Below are positions 28,066 through 37,789 of a stretch of DNA of 64,000 bases, piece after piece. The position numbers were made by a program, and so were the translations under genes. Source of the DNA: a virus; IMG/VR virus record IMGVR_UViG_3300025096_002712, positions 42,291-106,290 of that record; one strand, written 5' to 3'. The notes beneath the pieces were generated by a model. That model ran no database searches. It saw nothing but the letters and a program-made list of their open reading frames with translations, and was not told the origin of the DNA. The stretch's first letter is position 1; each line of letters begins with the position of its first letter.

Positions 28066-28978
28066 TATAATTTTTACAACACTTTTTTATCACAATCCCT
28101 TTATGGTAGTTCCTTGGGTAGAGTATCATAAGAAAATAGGAGTAGACCATTTTCTTTTGTATTATGATGGATTATTGGGAGATTTAAGTAAAAAATATCC
28201 AGATGTATATGAAAAAATATTGGAATATTGTGATGAAGATATTGTTACTTTAATTGAATGGGATATACACGATTCAAACTCATGGAGAAATAATTTAAAT
28301 GACGAATTGAATGTAGTTGATATTGAGAATAGGTTATGGGAAAGGCATAGGTATCACCAATTCCATGATACATTGTGGAAGTATGGACACCATACTAAAT
28401 GGGTTGGTAATTTTGACCTTGATGAATTTTTTATAATGGAAAAATATTGTTCTATAAAAGAGTTTTTATCTGAATATGAAAAAGAGGAAGTTTCACATCT
28501 TAGGATGAAAAACAATTGGGCTTTATTGGATGGTATGAGTTCGTTGGACTATAAAAAATTTAATATAGAAGATTTTTTAAAGTGTGATACTTATGTCCAG
28601 AAAAGTATAGATCAAAATGGCGAGATATTCAGTTTTTCAACATCAGAGGGTAAATATATTTATAATCCACGAAAGGTTATAGAATTGAGTAATCATCATG
28701 TTGAAAAATATGAAGGTGAAATTATTTATTTGGATGAATCTGAAGCTTCTTATTTACATTATAAGAGAGAATGGGATGAAAATGATGATAGTAATTTGAG
28801 AAGGGATTATATGATAAAATGGCCAACTGGACATAAAAATGTATGGGGGCACCACATTAGTGATTCAAATTATGATATAGATGAATATATTTTTGGTAAG
28901 TGGGCATTACTCAATGTAGGTGGAGATATAATAATTAATAATAGAATTAGAGATTTAATTAGAGGAAGTATAAAATGA
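28055..28978 (+). CDS. GT-A glycosyltransferase (GT92/DUF23-like)
   Basis: WVEYHKKIGVDHFLLY; WVGNFDLDEF; KYIYNP; HH; LHYK. Confidence 0.7.
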   Translation: MKYDIIFTTLFYHNPFMVVPWVEYHKKIGVDHFLLYYDGLLGDLSKKYPDVYEKILEYCDEDIVTLIEWDIHDSNSWRNNLNDELNVVDIENRLWERHRYHQFHDTLWKYGHHTKWVGNFDLDEFFIMEKYCSIKEFLSEYEKEEVSHLRMKNNWALLDGMSSLDYKKFNIEDFLKCDTYVQKSIDQNGEIFSFSTSEGKYIYNPRKVIELSNHHVEKYEGEIIYLDESEASYLHYKREWDENDDSNLRRDYMIKWPTGHKNVWGHHISDSNYDIDEYIFGKWALLNVGGDIIINNRIRDLIRGSIK

Positions 28979-29079
28979 TAAAATGGATAAAATATCTGTG
29001 GTTTAAAGTAAAATCACATTATTTATATAAGAAGAAGATAAAGGCATTACGGAAAAAAGATCCATTTATTTACAAATGA
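28975..29079 (+). CDS. 34-aa basic small protein (not in ORF track)
   Basis: MIKWIKYLWFKVKSHYLYKKKIKALRKKDPFIYK-stop; ATGA overlaps with both neighbours and fills the gap exactly. Confidence 0.75.
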   Translation: MIKWIKYLWFKVKSHYLYKKKIKALRKKDPFIYK

Positions 29080-29816
29080 AACATTTAGTAACAAGTGGTT
29101 GTAGTTTTTCTGATGCATCAAATCCACATAAATCTTGGCCATTACACTTAGAGGATTTGGTACAAGATAAATACCATTTTCGACATATTGGAGCATGTGC
29201 TCAAGGTGAAGATTATATAAGTCGTTCTGTGATATGTAAAGTTAATCAGTTATTAAAAGATTATAACTCGGATGATATTTTTGTAATAGTTGGTTGGTCA
29301 GGGTTACAAAGACGTGCCATATTAGTGAATAACGAAACTACAAAAATGCATTATAAGTTTAAAGATTGGGAAATGAGTAAGGGAGAATCTATGTATGGAA
29401 ATCCCATTGGTAGTTGGCAAGATTTTGATGAGGAATATCAAAAGATACAATCAGAAGAACATAATATAATTCAGAGTATGGAACATATTATTAGAACACA
29501 AGATTTTTTACGAGTTAATAATGTTGATTATAAGTTTTTTGGATTCGGTAATCTGTTTGCAAATTTAGATGAGACAAATTTTTTAACAAAAGGTAAGGGA
29601 ACAAGAATAGATAAAAAATATCCTAATACATCTTATTTATTTGATATAATGGATTGGGATAAATGGTGGTTTCATAATGAATTTGGTGGATTGGGAGAAT
29701 GGGTTAATGACAATGTACCGAATGGATTTGATGGTGGGTTTGGAAACTCTGGACACCCATTGGCAAATTCACAAAGATTATTTACACAAGAGGTTGTTTT
29801 AAAATGGATAAAATAA
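29076..29816 (+). CDS. SGNH/GDSL-fold protein (putative acyl esterase or transferase), 1 of 4
   Basis: GCSFS block I; GEDYISR; GWSGLQR; C-terminal GHP. Confidence 0.65.
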   Translation: MKHLVTSGCSFSDASNPHKSWPLHLEDLVQDKYHFRHIGACAQGEDYISRSVICKVNQLLKDYNSDDIFVIVGWSGLQRRAILVNNETTKMHYKFKDWEMSKGESMYGNPIGSWQDFDEEYQKIQSEEHNIIQSMEHIIRTQDFLRVNNVDYKFFGFGNLFANLDETNFLTKGKGTRIDKKYPNTSYLFDIMDWDKWWFHNEFGGLGEWVNDNVPNGFDGGFGNSGHPLANSQRLFTQEVVLKWIK

Positions 29817-30748
29817 TAATAACTGCTGGATGTAGTTTTACTAATTCAGATGGTACTTGGCCATATCATATAGATGAACAAAAATATGGCTGGTCTCTTA
29901 ATGTAGGAGATACGGGTGCTGGTAATTCATATATTAGTAGGTCTGTCATTTGGGAAGTAAATGACCAATTAAAACTTGGAAAGAATCCAAAGGATATTGA
30001 GGTTGTTATAATGTGGTCGGGTATAACAAGAAAAGAGTTTTTGTCTACTAAAAGAGAAAATCCAATGCACGAACTTTGGGTAGATGGACCTCACAAAAAT
30101 TGGATGGGTAATTTTATCCATGATGAACATTGGCACAGACATCCAACTGAAGATTCTACTTGGATAAAAAGTAGTATTCCTTATATGAGTTGGGACAATA
30201 AAGCAGTAACTAAGTTTTTAGATTTGTATTGGAAACACTTTTATTCAGAGGAAGAAAGTTTAATAAATACATTTGAATCTATTTTAAGAACCCAATGGTA
30301 TTTAGATGGTTTGGGGGTTAAGTATACAATGATGTGTTGGCAAAATATATTTAATCAATATTCTTTCAAAGTTCCAAGTGGATGGGTAAGACAAGAAGGC
30401 GATGAAATATTTGGACACGAAATATGGAATCTTGCGTGGAGAGATAATACACATTTTAAAACGGATAGATACTGGCCTGATAACGCAACTGAAAAAATAT
30501 CAAAAGATACACCATTACTAAAGGACATATATCCAAACGCAACTCATTTGTGGGATATGATAGATTGGGATAAATGGTGGTTTTATGAAGATGAACAAGT
30601 AGAGTATGGTGGTTTGGCAGAATGGGTTTGTTTGAAAGCTCGTGATCCTTGGGGAAATGGTGAACACGATCCAGGTCATCCATCACCATCTTCACATAAA
30701 AAGTTTTGTGAACAAGTTATAATACCAATTTTAGAGGATAAAGTATGA
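29804..30748 (+). CDS. SGNH/GDSL-fold protein, 2 of 4
   Basis: GCSFT; GAGNSYISR; MWSGITRKE; DPGHPSPSSH. Confidence 0.7.
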   Translation: MDKIIITAGCSFTNSDGTWPYHIDEQKYGWSLNVGDTGAGNSYISRSVIWEVNDQLKLGKNPKDIEVVIMWSGITRKEFLSTKRENPMHELWVDGPHKNWMGNFIHDEHWHRHPTEDSTWIKSSIPYMSWDNKAVTKFLDLYWKHFYSEEESLINTFESILRTQWYLDGLGVKYTMMCWQNIFNQYSFKVPSGWVRQEGDEIFGHEIWNLAWRDNTHFKTDRYWPDNATEKISKDTPLLKDIYPNATHLWDMIDWDKWWFYEDEQVEYGGLAEWVCLKARDPWGNGEHDPGHPSPSSHKKFCEQVIIPILEDKV

Positions 30749-31575
30749 AATTAATTACAACTGGATGTAGTTTTGCAGGACCTACATCACATCCACCTAT
30801 TGAAGAAGAATCTTGGGGAATTCAACTGGCCAAAATACTAAATTTAGAGGAATGTGTTGAAGGTAACGGAGATGGTTGGTTAAATTTAGGACTTGGTGGG
30901 TGTTCTTTAGATTATATCAGTAGAGGTATAATTGATCAAGTTATACCTAATTTAGATAAAGATTTAGTTGTTGTTGTGGGGTGGACATCAATACAAAGGT
31001 GGGAACACTTTACAGATGAACTTGGTAAGTGTCAAGCAAATACTAACGAACCATATCATTACGGTGCACAGGCTTTTTGGAAGAGCACATTAACCTCGGA
31101 CAGAGAATATAAACAACATTTGCTGAACCATACTTTATTTCAAGAACATATGAGAAAATTAAATATGATTATTACATTGGCAGGATTTTTAAAATCACAC
31201 AATATAAAATATGTATTTTTTAATGCATTTGAACCATTGGATGGTTGGAAAAAAGGAACAGGATACTATGATAAATCAGAAACGGGAGAAGATTGTCCAG
31301 TACTAAATAAACTTACTGATTATGTTAGACAAAATGTTAATTTTTTAGAACAACTTCAAATAGAAATAGGTGCTAAAGAAGGATATGAAGAAAGGGTTAG
31401 AATTGGAGATTTTGATGGTGATGATAAATCATACCCATATACTAAAAAAGAATATTTTACACACGATGGTTGGCATCCAAGTCTGGTGGCACACAAAGAA
31501 TGGTCTAAAATATTATATGACGCTATTATGAGTGAGAGTGTGTGTCATCTTAATAAAAAATATGGAATTAAATAA
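30745..31575 (+). CDS. SGNH/GDSL-fold protein, 3 of 4
   Basis: GCSFA; NLGLGGCS; GWTSIQRWE; DGWHPSLVAH. Confidence 0.7.
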   Translation: MKLITTGCSFAGPTSHPPIEEESWGIQLAKILNLEECVEGNGDGWLNLGLGGCSLDYISRGIIDQVIPNLDKDLVVVVGWTSIQRWEHFTDELGKCQANTNEPYHYGAQAFWKSTLTSDREYKQHLLNHTLFQEHMRKLNMIITLAGFLKSHNIKYVFFNAFEPLDGWKKGTGYYDKSETGEDCPVLNKLTDYVRQNVNFLEQLQIEIGAKEGYEERVRIGDFDGDDKSYPYTKKEYFTHDGWHPSLVAHKEWSKILYDAIMSESVCHLNKKYGIK

Positions 31576-33065
31576 TGAAAATATTAGGAATAAATGCATT
31601 AAACCATGACGCTGCTATAGCTATGATACAAGATGGTGAGGTATTATTTGCTGGTCATAGTGAGAGATATAGTGGGGTTAAAAACGATTCTGATTTAAAC
31701 GCAGCACTATTAGCAGATTCGTTTAGACATGGTGGTAAACCAGATAAAGTGGTTTATTTTGAAAGACCTTGGCTCAAAAAGGCAAGACAATTAAAGGCAG
31801 GTCAATACGGAGAAGTATTTTCTCGTAAGAATACACCACAATACTATCTACGAGATTATGTTGGTAATGCAGAAATAGAGTATGTCCAACATCATCAATC
31901 TCATGCTGCAGCAGGTTATTATACAAGTCCATACGAAGAATCAGCAATCGTAGTTATAGATGCAATAGGTGAGTTTGAAACTTGCACTATTTGGTATGCT
32001 TGGGGAAGTCATTTTGAAAAACGATATAGTTTAAAGTATCCAAAATCACTTGGTCTTTGGTATTCAGCAATGACTCAACGATTAGGATTGAAACCACAAG
32101 AGGATGAATACATTCTTATGGGAATGGCTGGTTGGGGAACGGTTGATGAAGAATTAAAACAGAACATACGAAACGATTTCTTTAAAGATAGTGATAAACT
32201 AATTGATTTAAAGGATAATTTACATAGAGGTTGTTTAGGTTGGAATCCTGAATACTACAAAGATGATGATAGTGAACAATGGAAATTTGATATAGCAGCA
32301 AATGTCCAAGCAATTTGTGAAGAAGAAATCGTAAAGGTATTTGAACTAACAAAACAATTAGTTCCTGAAACGGATAATTGTGTTTATATGGGTGGAGTGG
32401 CACTAAATTGTGTAGCCAACTCAATTATAGCCCGTGACCATTATCCTAATTTATGGATACTACCAAACCCAGGTGATGCGGGAAGTTCACTCGGTTGTGC
32501 AGCATATGTATTCGGTGAACATATTAATTGGACTTCACCATTTACAGGTTATGATATTAAAGGTCGTTATCCAAGAAGGAAAGTATTAAACGAGTTACTT
32601 GAAGGTAACATCGTTGGTGTGGCAAACGGAAGGGCAGAGTTCGGTCCAAGAGCACTTGGTAATCGTTCTCTACTGGCAGATCCGAGAGGACATAAAATAA
32701 AGGATAGAGTGAATGAGATAAAACACAGACAAAAGTTTCGTCCATTCGCTCCATCCGTCCTTGAGGAATATGCACACGAGGTATTTGATATGCCAGTTAA
32801 GAAGAGTCAGTTTATGCAGTTTACGGCACCTTGTAAGTTTCCTGATAAGTATCCTGCAATATGTCATGTTGATAATACTTCAAGAGTTCAAACCGTGAGT
32901 AAGGAAGATAATCCAGGTTATTATAAACTTATTAAAGAGTTCTACCATAAAACAGGATGTCCTATGGTTTTGAACACAAGTCTAAACATAAAAGGACAAC
33001 CAATAGTCAATTCTTATCATGATGGTGTTGCATTTGAAAAACAATATAATGTAAAGGTTTTTTAA
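31575..33065 (+). CDS. O-carbamoyltransferase (NodU/CmcH family)
   Basis: HDAAIA; SERYSGVKND; HHQSHAAAG; DAIGE; GGVALNCVAN; PGDAG; EFGPRALGNRS; FRPFAP; NTSLN. Confidence 0.95.
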   Translation: MKILGINALNHDAAIAMIQDGEVLFAGHSERYSGVKNDSDLNAALLADSFRHGGKPDKVVYFERPWLKKARQLKAGQYGEVFSRKNTPQYYLRDYVGNAEIEYVQHHQSHAAAGYYTSPYEESAIVVIDAIGEFETCTIWYAWGSHFEKRYSLKYPKSLGLWYSAMTQRLGLKPQEDEYILMGMAGWGTVDEELKQNIRNDFFKDSDKLIDLKDNLHRGCLGWNPEYYKDDDSEQWKFDIAANVQAICEEEIVKVFELTKQLVPETDNCVYMGGVALNCVANSIIARDHYPNLWILPNPGDAGSSLGCAAYVFGEHINWTSPFTGYDIKGRYPRRKVLNELLEGNIVGVANGRAEFGPRALGNRSLLADPRGHKIKDRVNEIKHRQKFRPFAPSVLEEYAHEVFDMPVKKSQFMQFTAPCKFPDKYPAICHVDNTSRVQTVSKEDNPGYYKLIKEFYHKTGCPMVLNTSLNIKGQPIVNSYHDGVAFEKQYNVKVF

Positions 33066-33067
33066 TT

Positions 33068-34366
33068 ATGATAAATTTAGTTTGTATGACTGATACTTTA
33101 ACACCAGAAAGAGAAAAGGATATAGATTTATTGCCACATAATAGTCTTGGATCAGATTTATTTTTTGAATATACAAGATTAAATAATGATTGGATTCGAG
33201 ATGAAAGATGGAACGATGTTAATATCAATGAAGAATTACCAAAGACAGAAAAATATGTTATTGTTTATGATACTTTTAATCCCATACTTACAATGGAAAA
33301 TATGGTAAGTAAAAATAGTTCGGTATCAAATAAAATTATTTCGGATTTAAAAGAATCTAAATGTTCAATTGTATTTTTTCACACGGATTTATTTTGGGTT
33401 GGATTTAATAAAGATGAATGGGAAGATTTTTATACGGTCGTAAAGGGTATAGACCTTAAAAGATTTTACTTTTTATTCGATGAACAGACAATAGATGATG
33501 AGATAAAAGATATAGATTTGGGATTCAATGTTTTTACTGAAAGAAGTTGGCCATCAGTTTTCTTACTCAAGTCAGAAGATTGGACAAAAAATGCAGGTGG
33601 CTACCAATCTACATTATTAAGGTCTATATTTAATAATACGAGAGGATATTATAGACAATTTAAATATTGTACACATAATAACAATATAAAGGATCATAGA
33701 GTTGAATTACTTTTATTTTTAGTACAGAACAATTTATTAGATGGTGGAGTGTGGTCTTGGTTTGGTGGGGTAGAACCAGCACAACAAGGAGCTGATAAAT
33801 TAGATTTTACTAACTTTGAAAGTGTTGGAAACGAAAAAGTTGATTATACTATAGAATACGGAAAAGAGGCCGTGGAGTTTGCAAATAATCTTGTACCATA
33901 TACATATGATTATAAAGTTGATGGATTACAAGATTATTTAAATCTTATTCCTTATTTTAATAGCTATTTTAATATAGTTACGGAAAGTGTATGGGGACCT
34001 GGATATGATAATACTCACCCACAAAAAATACATATTACAGAAAAAGTGTGGAAATGTATAATTACATTCCAACCTTTTATTTTAATTACTAACAAAAATA
34101 ATTTAAAAAAATTACGAGAGTGGGGATTTAAAACTTTCCATCCGTTTATTGATGAATCATATGATGAGTTGGATACTTATAAAGAGAGAAAGGCATTACT
34201 TGAAAAGGAAATTAAAAGACTTTGTAGTATGACAAGAAAAGAATTAGACGAGTGGTATTGGTCAATGGAAGATATTTTACGACACAATCAACAACATTAT
34301 GTTGAGTTTATGAAGTATCAGTATAATGGAATTACGGATTTTATATTTAAGGCATATAATGATTGA
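33068..34366 (+). CDS. GT10-like paralogue family (2 of 9)
   Basis: SYFNIVTES...TEKVWK...QPFI...GFKTFHPFIDESYD. Confidence 0.5.
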   Translation: MINLVCMTDTLTPEREKDIDLLPHNSLGSDLFFEYTRLNNDWIRDERWNDVNINEELPKTEKYVIVYDTFNPILTMENMVSKNSSVSNKIISDLKESKCSIVFFHTDLFWVGFNKDEWEDFYTVVKGIDLKRFYFLFDEQTIDDEIKDIDLGFNVFTERSWPSVFLLKSEDWTKNAGGYQSTLLRSIFNNTRGYYRQFKYCTHNNNIKDHRVELLLFLVQNNLLDGGVWSWFGGVEPAQQGADKLDFTNFESVGNEKVDYTIEYGKEAVEFANNLVPYTYDYKVDGLQDYLNLIPYFNSYFNIVTESVWGPGYDNTHPQKIHITEKVWKCIITFQPFILITNKNNLKKLREWGFKTFHPFIDESYDELDTYKERKALLEKEIKRLCSMTRKELDEWYWSMEDILRHNQQHYVEFMKYQYNGITDFIFKAYND

Positions 34367-35792
34367 TATTTTATTTGTACATACCAATTCAAGTGCACAA
34401 ACATTTCAAAGTTTATCAAAATACGCTGCAATAGAACCACCAATATGGGCTGCATTATTAGCAGAAAGTATGAGAAAACTTGGTATGAGAGTGGGCATTT
34501 TAGATTGTGAAGCGTTACAATTAGATACAGAACAGAGTTATAATCATATAAAGGAAATAAATCCTAAGTTAGTTTGTTTTGTTCAGTTCGGACAGCATCC
34601 ATCTGCATCCGCACAAAGTATGCAGGGAACACACGAATTATTGGAAGTTATGGATTATGAATTTAAGACTATTTTAGTTGGTCTATATCCATCAGCATTA
34701 CCAAGAAAAACACTTCAAGATGAAAAGTGTGATTTTGTATGTGAAGGAGAAGGAGTAGATACTTTGTTAGGATTATTTCAGAGTGATTTAGTTAATGTAA
34801 GTAAAGTTCCTCGTTTGTGGTATAGAGATGATGGTGAAATAAAATTTACTAATATGACACCAATTATTGGTAATCTTGAACAAGGTTTACCTGGTATGGC
34901 TTGGGATTTGTTACCGATGGAAAAATATAGAAATACAGTTCATTTTTCTATGACAAATAATAATGATAGAACACCATTTGCATCACTTTATACTTCACTT
35001 GGTTGTCCTTATAAATGTGAATTTTGTTGTATTAATGCTCCATTTGGAAAGGCAACTTTTAGATACTGGGAACCAGAGTTCATCATAAAAGAGTTTGATA
35101 AGATTGCCGATATGGGAATACGAAATATTAAAATTGCAGATGAGATGTTTGTATTAAATAAAAATCATTTTTTAAAGATATGTGATTTGATAATTGAGAG
35201 GGGATATGATTTTAATATTTGGGCATATGCACGAGTAGATACAGTTAGAGAAGAATATTTGGAAAAATTAAAAAGAGCAGGTGTGAATTGGTTGGCACTC
35301 GGTATTGAAAGTGGTAATAGAAAGATTCGTATCGATTCAGTAAAGGGTAAGTTTCAAGAAGTAGATGTAGTTGATATAGTGAGAAAAATTGAATCATTTG
35401 AGATTGAAGCACTTGGTAATTATATGTTTGGTATGTCTGGTGATACATTTGAAACGATGCAACAAACACTTGATTTAGCAATGGAATTAAATACAAGCTG
35501 GGCAAATTTTAATCCAACTATAATTTTTCCTGGATCACCACTTTTTACTGAATCAGTTAACAAAGGAGTTGATTTACCACCGACATATTCAGGTTATTCA
35601 TATTATTCTAAAGATTCATTTCCAAATCCAACAGAAAGTTTAACAAGACAAGATATTTTATCATTCAGAGATGAGGCTTTTGTAAAATATTGTGATAGAC
35701 CAGTGTGGTTTGATAAAATAAGAAATAGATTTGGTCAAGAGTCTGTTGATATATATAAAGATATATTAAAAGTGAAATTGGTGAGGTCTTGA
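34359..35792 (+). CDS. Cobalamin-binding radical SAM methyltransferase-like protein
   Basis: EPPIW; GEG; TSLGCPYKCEFC; DEMF; YARVD; GIESG. Start placed at ATG 34359. Confidence 0.88.
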   Translation: MIDILFVHTNSSAQTFQSLSKYAAIEPPIWAALLAESMRKLGMRVGILDCEALQLDTEQSYNHIKEINPKLVCFVQFGQHPSASAQSMQGTHELLEVMDYEFKTILVGLYPSALPRKTLQDEKCDFVCEGEGVDTLLGLFQSDLVNVSKVPRLWYRDDGEIKFTNMTPIIGNLEQGLPGMAWDLLPMEKYRNTVHFSMTNNNDRTPFASLYTSLGCPYKCEFCCINAPFGKATFRYWEPEFIIKEFDKIADMGIRNIKIADEMFVLNKNHFLKICDLIIERGYDFNIWAYARVDTVREEYLEKLKRAGVNWLALGIESGNRKIRIDSVKGKFQEVDVVDIVRKIESFEIEALGNYMFGMSGDTFETMQQTLDLAMELNTSWANFNPTIIFPGSPLFTESVNKGVDLPPTYSGYSYYSKDSFPNPTESLTRQDILSFRDEAFVKYCDRPVWFDKIRNRFGQESVDIYKDILKVKLVRS

Positions 35793-36817
35793 TGAATGAA
35801 GTTATAAGTAAGGATGTATTGAATGATATTAGAAAATTAGACAAACGAGTAGTATCAAATAACCCCTCGGGTACTGGATCAACTCTGATAAGTTATATAA
35901 GTGCATTAAGAGTAAAAGATGATGCTAAACTTTTTTTTACACCACATGGTAATAATACGGTACTTTCGTATCCACATTCTAAGTTTGCAACTCAAGGTGA
36001 TTCAGTTGGAGATAACATAAAAGATGAATTTATAGTAGATGAGATTTTAGAAGATGATATAATAATTAGTAACGATAAGTTTATACTTTTTGAGGGAGAT
36101 CAGTATAGTGATTTCCCAGCAAGACTTCAATTTTTTTATCAATGGGGACGAGTTGATGAGAAAAAACTTGTACAATGGGGACTTCCACCGAAAGAAAAAG
36201 GTTTTACTAAATCCTTGGGTAATAGACCCCCTTTAGACAATTTTATTTCTTGTGCAAAAAAACTTGAAAAGAGATTAAAACCAGACTTTCTACAAAAAGT
36301 AGAAAAATATTCTTCTTTTTTTACTGATAAGACTATATCTGTACATATAAGAACTGGAAATAATATGGATTGGACACAGAGTAAATCTGAAATGGAAAAG
36401 TATAAAAATATGACAGAAAATATAGTTTTAGATTATTATAAACATATGGATGATGTTGATAGTACATCTAATTTTTTTGTGTGTTGTGACAATGATGAAA
36501 TATTAACAAGATTTAAAGATAGATATAAAAATAGAGTTCTCACTTTTGATGACGAAGTTGATACATCTTCACGGGCATTACTTGACATTTTTTTATTGTC
36601 TAAAAATAACCGTATGATTTTATTTCATAGTAGTTGTTTTGGTGAACTTGCATGGATATTAGCAGGTGCACCTACATCTGTTAAAATTGTATCTACTGAA
36701 AGATTTACAAATCCATTTTGGGAACACGAAGAAGAAGAACAAGAAAGTTTAATGAAGTGTGGATGTAACATTGATACACATCAACCACATTGTAAGTATC
36801 ACGTGTGGAATAGATAA
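35789..36817 (+). CDS. NodZ/GT11/GT23-like fucosyltransferase-fold protein
   Basis: SVHIRTG; FFVCCD; LDIFLLS...SSCFGELAW; short Cys/His-rich C-terminal tail. Confidence 0.65.
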   Translation: MMNEVISKDVLNDIRKLDKRVVSNNPSGTGSTLISYISALRVKDDAKLFFTPHGNNTVLSYPHSKFATQGDSVGDNIKDEFIVDEILEDDIIISNDKFILFEGDQYSDFPARLQFFYQWGRVDEKKLVQWGLPPKEKGFTKSLGNRPPLDNFISCAKKLEKRLKPDFLQKVEKYSSFFTDKTISVHIRTGNNMDWTQSKSEMEKYKNMTENIVLDYYKHMDDVDSTSNFFVCCDNDEILTRFKDRYKNRVLTFDDEVDTSSRALLDIFLLSKNNRMILFHSSCFGELAWILAGAPTSVKIVSTERFTNPFWEHEEEEQESLMKCGCNIDTHQPHCKYHVWNR

Positions 36818-36826
36818 GGAGTTATT

Positions 36827-37789
36827 ATGAAAATATTAGTTACTGGAGGAGCAGGTTATTTAGGTTCTGTATTGTGTGCAGATTTAATTAAAAATCATGA
36901 GGTAGTAGTGTATGATAATTTGATGTATAATCAATCATCATTATTAAACTTATTTAATAATAAAAACTTTAAATTTGTTTATGGTGATGTTAGAGATTAT
37001 AAAAAATTATTTCCATATGTTAAGGAGGCAGATGTTATAATACCATTAGCAGCAATAGTTGGATTTCCTGCATGTGATAGAGATAAACAATTAGCAACCG
37101 CAATAAATTATTATCAGATTAAAAATATTGTTAAAAACATTTCGAAAGATCAAAAGATTTTATATCCCAATACAAATAGTGGATATGGACAAAAAACTGA
37201 AGGAGTATGTACAGAGGATCAAAAATTAACACCAATAAGTCATTATGGAGTTACCAAATGTGATTCTGAAAATCTTCTTTTAGATAGTGGTCGGGCAATT
37301 ACATTTAGATTGGCTACAGTTTTTGGTATGTCTGAAAGAATGAGATTAGATTTACTTGTAAATGAGTTTGTATACAAGGCACTAACAGATAGATATATTA
37401 CTTTATTTCAGGCACATACGGTTAGGAATTATATTCATGTAAAGGATGTATCTTCTGTATTCCAATTTATGATGGAAAATTATGATGAGAATGTAGGAGA
37501 GGCGTTTAATGTGGGGTTGAGTGATACTAATTTAAATAAAAGAGAATTGACTGAACGAATCAAAAAATATATACCAGATTTTGTTGTTAATGAATCAGAT
37601 TATTATGAAGATCCAGATAAGCGAGATTACATAGTTTCAAATGAAAAGATTGAATCAAGAGGATGGAAACCACAATATACATTGAATGGTGGAATACAAG
37701 AATTGATAAGTGGATATCAAATAATAATAAACAAGGATAGTAGTCATTTTAGGAATGGATTTCCTATAAAATATGGACAGGGATTATAG
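36827..37789 (+). CDS. NAD-dependent epimerase/dehydratase (extended SDR)
   Basis: VTGGAGYLGS; LAAIVG; YGVTK; RLATVFG. Confidence 0.92.
   Translation: MKILVTGGAGYLGSVLCADLIKNHEVVVYDNLMYNQSSLLNLFNNKNFKFVYGDVRDYKKLFPYVKEADVIIPLAAIVGFPACDRDKQLATAINYYQIKNIVKNISKDQKILYPNTNSGYGQKTEGVCTEDQKLTPISHYGVTKCDSENLLLDSGRAITFRLATVFGMSERMRLDLLVNEFVYKALTDRYITLFQAHTVRNYIHVKDVSSVFQFMMENYDENVGEAFNVGLSDTNLNKRELTERIKKYIPDFVVNESDYYEDPDKRDYIVSNEKIESRGWKPQYTLNGGIQELISGYQIIINKDSSHFRNGFPIKYGQGL

Noticed and set aside
29020-29027. TATTTATA as another promoter copy
   Set aside because: It lies inside the 34-aa coupled ORF and could be chance in AT-rich DNA.
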